Shown piece by piece: positions 14,367 through 28,371 of a stretch of 64,000 nucleotides of DNA (positions within the stretch are counted from its first letter, which is position 1; each line of letters begins with the position of its first letter). Under the pieces are notes generated by a model. The model was not told the DNA's origin. It did no database searches and saw nothing but the letters and a program-made list of their open reading frames with translations. Source of the stretch: Ptychomitrium polyphyllum. Its lineage: Eukaryota. The stretch lies in the NCBI GenBank assembly GCA_973851085.1, contig OZ316775.1, positions 3,472,001 through 3,536,000 on the forward strand, in the 5' to 3' direction. The translations under genes and the position numbers were made by a program.

Positions 14367-16816
14367 CTAACAAGGGTTATGGAATCCCATGTACTTGCCA
14401 CCAGCATACTGCTTCCAGACGTTTATTCCTCCAAAGATAGTTGTCAAAACCGCACTCAGGCCCAATACAATGCTAACAGAAAACACAATCACTGAAGGTC
14501 GGCCAAATTTAGTGATAGCTTGTTGGACGACACGGAGGCCAATAAGGGAGGAGATGAAACAGATGCTAGCGAACAGCAAAGCAAAGTCAAGTGGAAGGCG
14601 ACCTAGTAGCCAAAATTGCACAATTGACAAGGAGGAGGAAAAGAACACCATGAAGGCAGTAGTCGCTGCCGTAAGCTGCACACAAACAACTAACTTGAGA
14701 ACGGAAAGGATTCTGTTCATTGAATGCACCCTTCAGATAGTAAAGCCGCATGCTCACTTGGTTGAGACGAGTTTTAACGAAATGCACCTGAGGATGCATG
14801 CCAATTTCAATGAGGAGGGGATTGATGATCATGCCCCCTCCAATCCCTAACATGCCGCCCAGGAAACCCGCCAGCAATGCCATGCTCGGGAAGGTCACGA
14901 ACGCTTTCAGCCCAATCAAGTCCCACTCCTCCAGCTTCACTCATGAAAACGAAATATAACACCATAAGCCAAATCATACATATAGAGATTTTTCAGCACT
15001 GCGATATGTGACAAGGTCATAAAGTCATTACCTGAAGTTCTGGGGTACTATTCTTAGCGGGAGCATGATGCAAATGCCAAGCTGACCATCCCGTGAGAAG
15101 AAAGGCCAGTGGCACTTGCATAATCGTCAGCAACCAATAGGCTCTCCCGCAAGGCTTCAAGTTTAGAATACTCTGCAGATTGAACCCATGATGGTTTCCA
15201 TTAGCATTGAGCCGTGTTCCATTTTCATCTCTATGGGTACGAGGATGCAAACTTTTAAGCATGTTGTTGTAGAAATAGACTACGGGCAGCTTCACACCTT
15301 GTCCCGTAGGAGAGGGGATAAGCAAAAAATTCAGCCCAAGAAATGGGTATATCAGGCCGAGGCCAAGCCATGGAAGATGGAAAAACATCAAAATAATCAA
15401 AATGGGAAAAGTCTTCTCCTGTTGATCAACTCTTGGATCATCATTCTAAAAGCACTCCTAAAAAACAATCACTCACCCAAAGAAGAGTAAATGCTGCCAT
15501 ATAGGTAGCCAACTCACTTTTCATCCATCTTCAAATTGCTTCTCCCGTGGGTGAGGGGTAAGATATAAAGCCTCACAAGAACTTCACCAATCATTTTGCT
15601 GAAATTCTCTAAATATGGCAGAAATCATATGGGCAATTCCAATACAACGTCCCAAGAGCAATCTAAGGAGGTGTTGATCTCAGTAGTGATAAGAATTTGA
15701 ATGTGAGATGCGCAGACTTACAGCACCAGATTTTCCTCCCCGCAGAATTTGAACAGCAAAAAAAGCCAGCCACACCAAGGTGAGCATCGAAAGTTTGATA
15801 TATGGGAAATTACTCTGCTCCTCCCAGTTGTCCAGCAGTGGCTCAGTTACTTCACCTCCCAAGTGCTTGAGACTAGAGGTTCGTCTCATAAGGTTTTGCC
15901 GAGATTTTCTCGAGTCCAACCTTTTCAACACTTCCGGAGAAGCCACATCAGACTCCTCAAGAACACAGCCTGCATCCGGATTGCAAAATTCGAACTGTTA
16001 GCTGACCATCAAAACATCATGTGAAGACCTACGGCACTAGAGTTGAAAGAGATTCATTATATGGGAAACAATATAATCCTTCAAAAATTTGCCTGTGAGG
16101 ACATTGAAAGTGCTGGTTTTCTCCTTATCCAGTAATTGTCCAAGTCCTTGAGCCACTATGGACGACTCAGTCTTTTCTTTCTCCTCTTGCAACAACCTCG
16201 TCTCATTCCTCCACCTGAGCAACCCACTCTTGAAGCTTCTTCTCGTGATATACCCTAATGTTCCGATGAACTCGAGAAGAATGAACCACGACGGAAACAC
16301 GATGTTGCAAATAACCCCAATACTGATTCCCAATAACATGTTCGGCTGCAAGAGCAACGCAACGTCGAAGTCAATCAGGGGCTGCCCAGACAGGAAAGGG
16401 TGCGCTTGCTGAATATTCCAACCAACATTCGCCAAAGCACCTCCCAGAATCATGAAATTTGAAAGAGCAGCTGCTGACTTTGCATCGAAGCCAATGAGGA
16501 GGTTAAAAAGAGGGATGAACAGTCCGCCCCCTCCGACACCGCCGGCGCTGCATAGAGAAGCCCCCGATGCGCCTAAAACGACAGCGAGTGCCACTCTCCA
16601 ATTCAATTCTAACTTGGGCCAGTGTAAATCTTCTCCGCCAGCGTCGAAAGATAATATCCGCATCGCCAAGGTTTTCAAGGAACACAGAATGGGTGGTTGC
16701 TCCGGGTGTAGGATCGAGGGATCCTCACCATCGCCAGTCGAGAGCGCCATGCCTGTGCCGACAACGAAAAAAGATATGACCAGTGCCCATGTCTGTGATC
16801 GATACATGCCCTTCAT
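14367..16816 (-). CDS. Sulfite exporter TauE/SafE family membrane protein, multi-exon
   Basis: 'SAGGVGGGGLFIP', 'IDFDVALLLQPNMLLGISIGV', 'GFLGGMLGIGGGMIINPLL', 'AATTAFMVFFSSS' and C-terminal 'YMGFHNPC', spread over ORFs 16037-16816, 15680-15946, 15017-15400, 14587-14940 and 14367-14729. Confidence 0.92.
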
Positions 16817-18579
16817 GCTTTCACTAAGCTTAAAGGCTTCACCTCGCTGCTTTCTCCGTCTTCAAAGCGACTTCGTAGCACAAGAGATTCTTGCAGGTGA
16901 TATGTGTGCACCTTGATGAATTTCCAGTGCGTGCTAGATATCAGGTCTCGCTATCATATAAGACCTCGGTATGTTCCCCCTGAACCTCAGAACACAGTCG
17001 TACCAGAACCTCAGGCTTTGAAGCATCAGCCTTTCGATGAATTGATGAGAACAATGCCATACAGAATGTTACAAACTCTGCTCTGAAATCGTATCCCACA
17101 TATCGTTCCAGAGTCCAATTCACGGTAAACATGCTAACGAATCTCGCAAATAGGCACAACAGAACAAGGTGCCTCCCACTATCGCAAATTGAAACCTCGT
17201 CATTCAGTGTAGCCTACATTACAAGATAATTTTTGTTCACACCACCACCTAGAAGAAGCGAGGCTCTTACAACAAGCGGAGCAACAAAAATTCCTCTTAA
17301 AGAGTGAAGAAATACCTCAACTCTGCTCAGGTTCACAAATCCTTACAAGAACATCTCGTGCTCCAACCTAGGGAAGACTCCGTTGATCTCATAACAAACA
17401 CACACGATGGTTATTTCAAAACTGCTGACTATAATCCAAAACTCAAATCTCAAATCGTGCACGTACAAGAGCACCACCGACATTGAGCGTCACGCCATCA
17501 AACAACTATTGTATACTGCCATGCTGCTGCACATGATCAAGCCAAGGAAACCTTGCAAGCCCATTGCACATGACCCAAAGTGGGACCCTAACTCTCTTGA
17601 AAAGACGGACATGTAATCACACAACATGAACCAACATGCTTCCTCGACACTCAAGATGATCGAAACAAACGAAGCGACATCCCAATACTGTACCGGAATC
17701 GAATCAAGAGCGAAGAGAATCATGGAATACCAGCAGCAGCTCCTCGTATGAAACACTTGTACATTGACTGTAAGAATTCTTCTCCAATATATTTGCTGAA
17801 GTTGAATACCAAAACGTGTCAGAAGGAAGCTCGCCCGCGATGGACATTCAGATTTGATTCGGAATGTTTGGGGATTTTCAAACTGTTCTAAAAATGGAGA
17901 GGGAGATGGTAATCCCTTTAGAAGGATGAATAAGGAGCACTGATCAAGAGCATCTTCGTAGTCCAGACTTTCTGTGGAACTGCTCGACTAGGGTTTATGA
18001 GCGGCCGTTTTCGAAGTCGCCATGGGTTGCTGGGTCGTGATGCGGGGTTCGTTTTTTTGGGAATTTCTTTGTCTATGGAGCACGTTGCATTCTCTCGATG
18101 ACGTGAGAATCCAAAGAGAGATGCCCATTTCTGTATACATTGCGGATCAAGAGAAGTGTAATTTAGGTTTGGAGAACGTGGCTCAAGAAGTAGCACCGGA
18201 GCTTTAGGCTGTGGATTTCTTTGTCGGAGATTCCTTTCCAATTGCGGTCTGTAGTTGCAGGGTGCAACAGTTTCAGAGGTTGTCGTCGTTTTTCAGTCCT
18301 GTGTGACTGATTTTGTTGGAGATTTTTTAGGAGATCGACCCATTGTTTCGGCACTCTCAGTTTCAGAGTATTCTGCATGGTCGGAGGTCACATACGAGGA
18401 TATTTCATGTTGCTCCACCCTTACATTCCACAATTTAAAGCTAATTGGAAATGTTTTGTACCAGGCTTACGCAGAGGCTGCGCACCTGAGGGATACCATC
18501 CGATGTACACACCTGCCAAACTGTATGGTCATTTTGTTCAAGTGTTCATCAGTTCTTTCTCCTCCTGTACGTCTTACCA

Positions 18580-18880
18580 CTTGAACTCTCGAGGTCTCAG
18601 TTTATCCACTTCTAGGTGTTCAATGCTAGGGAGAATCCTTTCAAGTGGTAGATTGAAATGGGTCAGAAAAAACGTCATTCTTTAGCTAGAAATGTGTATT
18701 TAGGCGCATGAGTGTTGAACTGCATGTTTGTCATCATGGTTTTTCGTGTGTTTTGTGCAGGTAATCTTTGGTGGTCTATGGAGGCGTTCAGTGAGAGAGC
18801 CATAGCTATGGCAGTGCGTTGGGGGTGTGGTTCATGCATTTACACCGGCCAGCTTTGGGCAAGCTAATACTCAGGTCCTC
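18580..18880 (+). pseudogene. Degenerate inverted copy of one exon (plus part of the upstream intron) of the RNA methyltransferase gene
   Basis: 18761-18874 is a diverged reverse-complement copy of the exon at ~34159-34272 (VIFGGRWRHLVGEPELWERVGGVDIAFTPASFGQANTQ). Both splice sites are retained and there is an in-frame TAG at 18803-18805. Intron similarity ('gtctcagtt..tctaggtgtt') extends to ~18580. Confidence 0.85.
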
Positions 18881-20200
18881 CTTTGCCTTACGAGGTTTTC
18901 TGAATGTCTTCACTTACGGTCGGTATTGTAATTGACAGAGTGATACAAATAATGTACTGGGTATCTCGTAGAGTGCCCTGAAAGCCTTCAACACACTTCT
19001 TTCGGGTAGTAAAGACATTCAGGTCATCTCCAAGGACCCTCTTCTGCGATACAATCATCCGCTTCTTCAATCGTTCAAATATCAGGTCTGCTCCGAGTAT
19101 CGTAGGGGTATTCTGCCGGTTAATGTACTTGTAGATTTGGTAACTAGAGCGGCAATGAGGTCGGAGGGAGCGCCAAGTATAGAGCAGCTATATATTGAAA
19201 CTGTTGATCGTGATGTGAGATTTGTGAAAATATAAACGTATAAGGTTCTACAGCGTCCTTCGCTGTTGTCGAACTTTTGTGCAGGATGTTGCTCGAGAGT
19301 ATGTCAGTAGCAAATTAGTTGGAAAACGCATATTGCTTATGTGTAGGATTTCCGATGTCTGTTCTACATGTGTCTAGAGCATTTTCACAATGAAACTATG
19401 GTTTCCCTGTGCGTTGTGCGAAGGCTAAGTGCTCGTATCAAAATGAGGCCGAGTTGATCTCATTTGGTTTCTCCCTGTCCAGAAGTACAGGTCCAGTTTG
19501 GACCTTGTAGATGAAAATTTTATGAAGTGTGCTCTGGGCCATGAGATATTGGTTGGTTTGCTATAGACGTCCTTGTTTAGAAGCTGCTAGAACGCTGGCG
19601 TGATCCATTCAGAGTGCGGTTAGCAGCACGCTCTTTGCAAAATCTTCCGGGAGAAACAGCCTTGTGTTCTATTCATGTCTGTTGTTATGGCCATGATGTG
19701 ATGCACCAGGTTTTGGAAGATATTTATGATTTCGTGGGCGTGATTCTGCTATACCTTATCAGCAATAATTCTAGCTACGGGACAGTTACTAGTGGTTTCT
19801 GCACAAGGATATTATTTTCTGGATGCAATCGATTATCCAAAAACTAGGACACTTTAATGGAGGATCTAATTTTGGTTTCTTGCAATTATTTATTTTTTCT
19901 TTACTTTTTGGTTTATTATTTATTTTGGTTTTCTTTACTTTTCCTTGCAGGAAATATTTTCTTGCGAGCCAGCAAAGTATGAGTGCTTCTTAAATACAGA
20001 CTAAGAAATTCCCAATTTGAACTCTTGGAGCTAGTTCACGAAGTCTTGTATTGGGAGAATTATTAGTCATGAAAGTCTGGTTTCGCAGTTTTGAGGGCTA
20101 AGAAAAAGTAAGATCTACAGTATTGCTTCTTAATGCAACTAGATATATTACAGGTGACGTTGGAAATTGGGGGTAGTGGACTTCGTATTTGGAAGAGAAT

Positions 20201-23200
20201 ATGCCAGGGTCTGTGGAGGTGCTGGCATTGTCTGACGATGAGGACACTTGTTCAAAGAAACAAGCCCGACCCCGGCTTGGAACTCTACCGTGCACTCCAA
20301 TTACTCCAGGTAGGTTACAGGAGTTTTGTGTTCAGAGGGGGTTTGTTTCTATGTTATTTTTGGAGCTGTGTGTATATTTGACACTGGTGTACTGGAATGG
20401 GCGCATTGACAGGTAATGTTGTGTGTTTGGATTCTGACGACGAGTTGGAGGTGCAGCGCACTACCGTTGTTTCTGCGAAATTGGGTTGGCGGGGGAAAAA
20501 ATTGGAGCTGGATGATTGCTGCGTGATGAAAATTACTCCTGCAACTTCAAAAGTGGATGGCCGTCTAAAATCTGTTATAGAAGATGATTGTTCATTTCTG
20601 AAGGAAATACCTTCTTCAGGCAGTAGATTTCCTCCAACTCCAAGAGAAACTATTGTGATGAATGACACAGGGGTTCAATGGCCAGTCGCATCCTACAATG
20701 TACTTACGGACTGGACTCCTCATTGGAGTCGAGATTCAACTCCTGAGGTTGAGGAACCCCAGGTTAGAAGTCCGAGGCTTAGTGATGCCGCTCCCCGTAG
20801 GAGTGATTTTGATGCGACTCTGGAGAGTGAGGTCACGGTTGAGGAACCTCAGGCTAAGAGGCCCAGGGTCAGTGATGCCGCTCCTTGCAGGTGTGATTTT
20901 GATGCGACTTGGCATGACGATGAGGAAGACCTGCGTGGTGCTGGGGCCGAGAGGAATGTTCTGAGAGGACAGATAACTAGCGAAGAGAAACGGCAGAAGA
21001 GGCTGTGGGAGAAAGAGTTAGAATTAGAACGGAAACAGGCTGAAAGAGCAGAGAAGAAGCGAGAAAAAGAAGAAGCGAAAAGGAGGCAGCAGGAAGAGAT
21101 CCGGTTAAAGAAAGAGGTGGTACAGCTTTTCTATGAGATTGTGTATTAGATGTTATTCATGAAAGAACATTTCTTGATCTGATCAGGTGTGTGTTTGTCA
21201 CCAGGACGAGAAGTTTAGGAAAGCCGCTGCTCGGAAAGCAGCGCAGGAAAGAAGGAAAAATGAACAGGAGGTTGCAAAATTTAAAGGCAAGGATGCCTTG
21301 AAGAAGATGAAGGCTTTAGTGGACATCAAGATAGTCGAGAAGGGCCGGATTGGAGGTCAGAGTTTGCCATTGCATCATTTTGATTGTATATATCTTCTAT
21401 TCTAAAATGCCTCAATTTCCAGAAGCTGGACTAGTTCTGTATGACCTAGTTGCGAAAGAATGTAATCGCAAATCGAAACGTTAATGTGTGCATGTACAAA
21501 TTATTTAGGTCAAATGTTGAGCCGATTTGAAGAGAGAAATTTGGAACGGGAACTCGTTAAGAACCCTATGGAAAACTCCATTACTTGGCGCACTAAGCAC
21601 CCAAGTCTTGACAGCCTTGAGAGTCAGTCCCTAGATATCGAACTTGGACGTGAAGATGGGATTCCAAGTTCTCAGGTATTGTTGCAATATAACCTCTGTT
21701 TACTTTGATAAGTTTCTTCTAGTTTCTAGAATATGTATCAAATTAAATTTCTGACCGATTGAACCATGCTTGCTGATGTGCAGGTGTCCTATGATGATGT
21801 AGATATCCAGTACCTTGTTTTTGTCTTTGATGCTGAAGAGTTTGTAAGAATGGTGGCTGAATCTTCTTTAGTCTCTCATATACGAAAAGCCCAGCGAGAG
21901 TATACAGGATACTCAATATGCTACGTGGTCAACAGACTGATGTCCTATTTGCAAAAGAAGTAAGTTCTTTATTCCCCCGATAGGTTATGATTCACAACCC
22001 ATGCCGTTCAAGATTTAGACACACTTTACATTTTTTAATTACAGGGACCAGGAGCAGTATCAGGCTAATGATCCAGCTAATGTTGGATGGCAGCGTCCTG
22101 CTGTTGAGAAGGTTAGTCCCCTTAGTTGTTGGTACCCCATGCTTGTCCCTCATCGGTGTTGCTACAGAATAATTGTAGTGTCGGTACTAGGGTATAAAAT
22201 TTACAGTTGCACTAATCGTTGATCATAAGACCCATTTAAGCCAATCCCCACACAATTTTTGAATATAAACAGTTTTTTGTATGTAGTGAATTTAGTGTGA
22301 CTAATTATCACATTCAGGCCTTGGCAGGTTTGGTTACAAACTTTACTGGTGTACACTCGCGACTGTGCATTGATGAAGCTGAAGTTGCTGATCATGTGAC
22401 TGGTTTAATGCCAGTTTTAGCCAATGCTTTCTACAGGTAGGCATCCATTCCCCTGATGGTTTTATACATTGATTGAATTTTGACAGACTCGTCTGTGACT
22501 GATGATTGAACTTTTCTATTGTTTTGTCCTGAAACAGGCCAAAGTTGACTAAACTTTCAGTTTGCAAGAACGGGGAGCATGTTTGGCGTGACGATGCTTT
22601 CAGGGAAGAAATCAGGCAAAGCTTATGGTAAGTTTTAGTTAGCACCAAAACATTGTAAAATGTTACTGGAATCTACAATGCTCACTTGAATTTACAGTTG
22701 TTAACCAGTGCTTAACCATCTTTTAGGCATGGTTCAACAAGTTTGAAGTTTGGTTCCTAAATTGATTCCTATATGGAGGGCCACCCTAGCACTGGTTCTA
22801 GAGTATTATGATAGCATCAGTTTTAATTATGAAAATTAATCGTATACTTTGCAAAAGCAAGGGTGGAAAATAACTAAACTTTTTGTATCCTTCTTTTGCA
22901 GGTTGAAAGCCCTTGTTGCGATCCCCAAGGTGTCGGGGCCTTGTGCAGTGTCAATAGGGAGAGTGTACCCTACGATGCGGTCTTTGTTAAGGATTTACCT
23001 CGACAAAGATAGGACGGTAAGCATGTGGATCTACACAAATTTCTGCTTTTTGGGTTTCAGTTTGCAGACAACGGCTTGATAATAATTTATGTGGATTCTG
23101 TGATCTTTCCGTTTTTCGGTGCCAGGATAGAGAGAAGGAGCTCCTTTTACAGGACTTGCAGATGGAGAATGCTTTTGGCGCTGCTGGTAGAAAGATTGGA

Positions 23201-23293
23201 CCTGTTTGCTCAAAAAAAATCTTCCATGTGTTGATGGCTCAAGATGGTGATTTGAAAGTGGACAAGCTTGAGGAAGATGTTTATCAAGATTGA
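20201..23293 (+). CDS. EME1: Crossover junction endonuclease subunit EME1 (MUS81 partner, ERCC4 domain), multi-exon
   Basis: Acidic N-terminus and K/E coiled coil, then 'NPMENSITWR', 'YLVFVFDAEEFV', 'YVVNRLMSYLQKK', 'GVHSRLCIDEAEVADHV', 'WLKALVAIPKV', 'YPTMRSLLRIYLD', 'IGPVCSKKIF'. Consistent GT-AG exons run to TGA at 23291-23293. Confidence 0.9.
20748..20909 (+). repeat. Intragenic 90 bp (30 aa) tandem duplication in EME1 exon 2
   Basis: VEEPQVRSPRLSDAAPRRSDFDAT starts at 20748 and VEEPQAKRPRVSDAAPCRCDFDAT starts at 20838. Confidence 0.9.
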
Positions 23294-25358
23294 GTTTGAT
23301 TAAAACTTGAGGATTGGAAGAGTGGCTTGAGCCATCCAAACCAAAGAAAGGATCATCAACCCTTCATTCCTCCCATTAGACTGTGAACCTATGATTGGTA
23401 AACTGGATTTTCTTTCTGGGCCACCAACAAGAAGGCTCAACTTTGATTGAGCTGCAGTAAACTTCAAAAAACCAACGTTTTCTTATCTGTGATAATAACT
23501 GAAAAATGTATGAAGCTGAACCCCTCTAAATCCTGTGTAACATAGTTTGATTACTGGATAAGGTTATGAGAGGTATCTGGATCCTTGACAATCATCCCTG
23601 TGAAAATCACAAAGAGAATCGCCTTCGTTTTAGTGTTGATTTCATGTGCTTTCTTCTTAGCACCTACGCTAAAAGTATGACATTAATTAGTGTCATTATT
23701 GTGAGCCCTGATGTTAATGAAAGCTTTCACACCAATCCGGTGTTAGAAACTATTCAAATTAATCAGCGAATATGAAAACAAAACAACATTTTATAAAACC
23801 TTGATTAAAATAATGATATTCATTTTTTGGATTTTCTAAAAAAGTACTGTTAAAAATCGTATGGTATAGTCATGGTAGTATGGATACTATAATATTAGTG
23901 TAGCCTACTCTGTCCCTACACTATCCTATTTAATATATGAATTAGCGTAGCCCTCGCTTCATTAGTGTGCGTTACAATTATTCTGATTCCATCACTGTGA
24001 CGTCAATAATTGGTAAGTGGGCGTAAATTACTCAATCAAACCCAAAAAAACCGTTGAAAACCCCCTCATTGGTCCAATAAAGATTCGAAGATTCCACTCC
24101 TTGCTGATCTGGTCCACCTTATTGCGCCCAATGCGGCAGCTGTCGATCACAGGCTCATCCAGCTCCCCATTCGTGGCTTCGAATCCTGTCAAGCCGCGCC
24201 CGCCTTGCCTTTGGTACAAGCCACCAAAATCCCACACAGCTCTGAGACACGTCTACTATTCGTCATATACACCGCCAAAGTACCACCACAGTAGCGCATA
24301 AGTATCACACGAGTATACCGCGATTACACTCCAAGTATTAAGTGAAAGGTAACCTCGCTGGAATTGCACCTTGTCCATAGTTCTTGGGATACCCGCCTTG
24401 TACCAATATGACACCCTGTAGATTACAGCAACATCATGTGATTATTAAGAGAGGATTGACCGGGGTATAGCCTGCGGATCGCCTGAGTATAGCTTGAGTT
24501 TCACAGGAGTATTGGTGCGATGTGATTCGCGAGCACTCGTGTGGCCGCAGTGAGCTTGTTAGGCATGGCTATGGCCTTGCCTGCACACTTCTCGCCACCG
24601 CCACGCTTCGCAGCGCCACACTCTAACACCTCCGATCGCTTCCATCCTGCCACAGCTCACTGACGGCTTCGCTTACGAGTTCATCAGGCGTTGACCCGAG
24701 GAGTGGAGAAGACTGGTGGTGGAATTCACGAAGTGGAGATGATTGGAGCTCGTTTGTTGCGCTGTTCTGGATGATCGGTTCTGGAGTTGCTTGTTTCGGA
24801 AATTCGGAGTCAGGAAACCTACAGTATGCTGGAAGAGTGTTCTGTTCAGCAGTAGAAGTGATTGTTTTATTTCATGAGGCGTAGTAGCGGAGAATTGCAG
24901 TTCAATCTTTGTACTTGCGTTCTGCACGATCGGTTCTTGAATTCCTTGAATCGGAGATAGAGAACTTACGGTAGGTTTCAGGATATCCAATAGTGAAGAA
25001 GTGGAGCTAATTTGTTTGTTTGATGAGTGAGCGGCGTCTGCAGTTTTTTTCGATTGTGAAATCGAGTTCTGGGACGTTGATCTTTCGATGAGAGGTGAAG
25101 GAGGAGCGCTGAGAGAGCATACCTTCGAATTAAACTTGTAGTTATAGAATAGGAGAGGTTTCAGCATGATGGTTATTGGTCTGATTGAGGAGAAAGTCGA
25201 TAGGATTGGCGAGGTCGATATGAATATTGTACGAGTGCTGGCTCTGAACCCTGTGAACAATGTGAAGAAGAAAACGATAAATTAGTGTAGGTTGTTCTGT
25301 TGCATAAAAGTTCATTTCATTAGGCGGACCGGTATTTTGTTTGATAAGTGGAATCAGT

Positions 25359-27943
25359 ATGATGGAGGAAGAAGACTTTCTCGAGCCTTTGTTACAACCC
25401 AATGAGAACGTTGAAACGGACAGAGAGAGCGATTCGAAAGCGGATAGTTTTGTCCTTGAAAATTACGACCGCGATGACGCTCCACCACTTCCAATGGTGT
25501 CAGAGAATTCAAGCAAATGGAAGTATATGTATCATTGTGTCTTGTCAGGGGACGAATTTTGTGAATCGCCCAATCATTCTGAAGGTACGCTTCTTTATTA
25601 CCAGCGTTGAGTAACCTTGGAATTCCATGAGCTTTGAACCATGTAAACAACAATTACTTATTTTCTTGCCATTTAGGTTCAAATTTGCTACAGATATAAT
25701 CATATGAATAGGTTCACAGGAAGAGCACAGTTCACACGCAGCTACCTCGATTGTCACACGTCGAGAGCTCCAGAATAATTCTGTAGATCTTTTACCATGT
25801 TATATCAGCTGCCTAAACTACAGCAGCATTGCATTGTTGTGCTGACCTTTACGGTTATGTTTCATTCACTCATAATTGTTCGTGAGAAAAAACATATAAT
25901 TGTTCGTAGAATCAGGTATTTACTCGAGTTTTGGCTCTACTGCTACAGAATGTTGAGAGCAGCCAAAAACTGGGATGAATGCTGTCGATCAGAACTATAC
26001 TCTCCGCTCTGATATCTTTCAGCTGATGGTGTGGTACAACGAGTCTTGATGAATTTTTGGTATCCACGTTTAACATGGTCTCCCTTTATCACACATATTC
26101 CAGGGCAGCGGGACTACAATAGGAAGCAGAGGGAAATGCTCGCTCGGTTTCACGAGATTGATTCTATGACTGCTACTTCAAGAAGAGCCACGAGTTCTAG
26201 CGATCAAGAAGAGCCTCGGGAAAGTTTTGCAATTAATTTCTCCTACCTCACTAATCTATTTCTCTTCGTTATCAAGGTACATGAAAATTCACATGATTTG
26301 TCTTTAAGGAACCCTAACACCTTTGTCCACACCGCTCCTCCTGTTTATATTTTAGTGCCTGGAGAATCTTCTATTCCAGTGTCCCCTTTCATATATCTCG
26401 CATCTTTCCCATCTTTCCCATCTTTCCTTAGCAATTGCATACACCATAGAGCGCACATTCTTGAGACAGTTTTGAATCTTGTTCCTTGAAATGCGAATTA
26501 TAATATAGGACCTGTGTGGAGATAATCGATAAATCTCTTCCTGGTGACATAGGTGATTGCGGCAGCAAGGAGCGGGTCCTTGGCCATTGTAGCATCTGCA
26601 TTGGATTCCCTGCTAGACTTGCTCGCTGGGGCCATTCTTTGGTTTACAAAGTGGTCCATGCAGCACATCAACAAGTACAAGTACCCTATCGGTAAATCTC
26701 GAGTGCAGCCAGTCGGAATTGTAGTATTCGCAGCAATCATGGCAACTCTTGGTATGCAAGTCTTGCTTACAGGAGCACAGGAGTTGATTGAAGGGAACAG
26801 CAACTTTAGTTTGAGTAACAGGGAGCGCATATGGCTCGTTTCAGTGATGTCTACTGTTATTCTCAGCAAGCTAGGTCTTTTCCTCTATTGCCGCACCTTT
26901 CGAAGTGAAATTGTGCAAACCTATGCCACGGTAATGAACTTATGCTCATATTGATAGTATTAGCCTTCAGCGAAGACTTAAGCAACTCCTAGATGATTGT
27001 TTGCTAGACTACTGTGCATGAATCAACGGGGAGTGTTGTCTTGTTGCTGTTCAAAACGCTTAAGTGCAAAACTTGCAATTTTGCCTTCATTACGCAACTA
27101 GATACGTGAAGTAGCAATTGACTATGTCTGATTTCTGTCTGCTCCAGGACCACAGACTCGACATATTGACAAATTCGGTAGGTTTAGCAGCTGCCCTCCT
27201 TGCCGATTGGTCAAAATGGTGGATAGATCCAACTGGTGCCATGTTGCTAGCTCTGTACACGATTTCGAATTGGAGCAAAACTCTGATTGAGAATGCTGGT
27301 AACTCCTTGTCTATTATTTATTTACCTGAGCTGCAGGTATGAGTGTTTGTCTGTTCTGTGCATGGTGTTCGTTTACGCAGGATGTGTAATGTGCTTAAAT
27401 TCAGTTTTTATCTCATCTAGACCAGAATGGTTACTATTGCTAATAACAAATAATTCCAATTGAGAATGTAACGCTTGGCTTGAAGTCTATTCGCGGATAC
27501 ACCTGATACGGAAGTTTCCATCATTGTCAGGAACATTGGTTGGACAATCTGCTCCACCAGAATTTCTACAACTAGTGACATATATAGCCTACAACCACCA
27601 CCCAAAGATCCGCCGTCTCGATACTATACGGGCTTACATGCTTGGAGGTTTATATTTTGTGGAGGTAAGACTAAGTTGATAGAATTCAGGACTATCACCT
27701 AATTTTTGCTGCAGAACTTTATTTTCTATTTTATCACACAGACGGTGTTAATCGAATCAGTCCCTCTTTTGCCAGGTCGATATAGAACTACCAGAAAATA
27801 TGCTATTGCGAGAAGCGCATAACATTGGAGAAACACTTCAAAATAAGTTGGAGGCCATGCCAGAAGTGGAACGGGCATATGTGCATCTTGATTTTGAATG
27901 TAGTCACAGACCAGAACATGATGGAGGATCGTTCCTTGTATAG
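25359..27943 (+). CDS. Metal tolerance protein, Mn-type cation diffusion facilitator (MTP8/MTP11-like), multi-exon
   Basis: '[20 protein letters not shown]', '[26 protein letters not shown]', '[13 protein letters not shown]', 'WWIDPTGA', 'AHNIGETLQ', '[18 protein letters not shown]'. DxxxD in TM2 and TM5 is typical of Mn-CDFs. Confidence 0.93.
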
Positions 27944-28147
27944 CGCAAAGGTTTCAGATGAGGTGCTTAGTGTACTATTAGAATTCAACCAGGTACGACA
28001 AGTTATCTCCCAAAACCGTCATTGGATAGATAAACATCCACGAGATTCCGAAATTTGTCACTAGTGAAAGTCAGAGATGTTAGATACTTCCATTTACCAA
28101 ACAAACATTGTAGAGCTCAACTAATAATCGGATACACTTCGAAGTTT

Positions 28148-28270
28148 TACATGTGTTATAAATCTATTAAATGTAACGGGCATTTGTTACATAGATTACT
28201 TCTGTCGACACTTCTCTAACAAGATCTTGATTAGATCCTCAGTGAACGACTTGTAACCTAATCGAAAGAA
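28148..28270 (-). ncRNA. Candidate H/ACA-like snoRNA (weak)
   Basis: Minus strand reads hairpin, AGAGAA (H box), hairpin (aatctat-gtaac..gttac-atagatt), ACA. It lies at the distal end of the snoRNA cluster. No target recognised. Confidence 0.3.
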
Positions 28271-28371
28271 CATGAGACACGACAAAGCTCCATTCAAGTT
28301 CAACGTTTCAAGAACTATGGAACTCAAAGGGATACTAGATTCTGCAGTATTGGGATCGACCTTTTACATTC

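Noticed and set aside
24673..25260. 195 aa minus-strand ORF upstream of the MTP gene
   Set aside because: Ser/Leu-rich with no domain; it is antisense to what looks like the MTP 5' UTR and intron.
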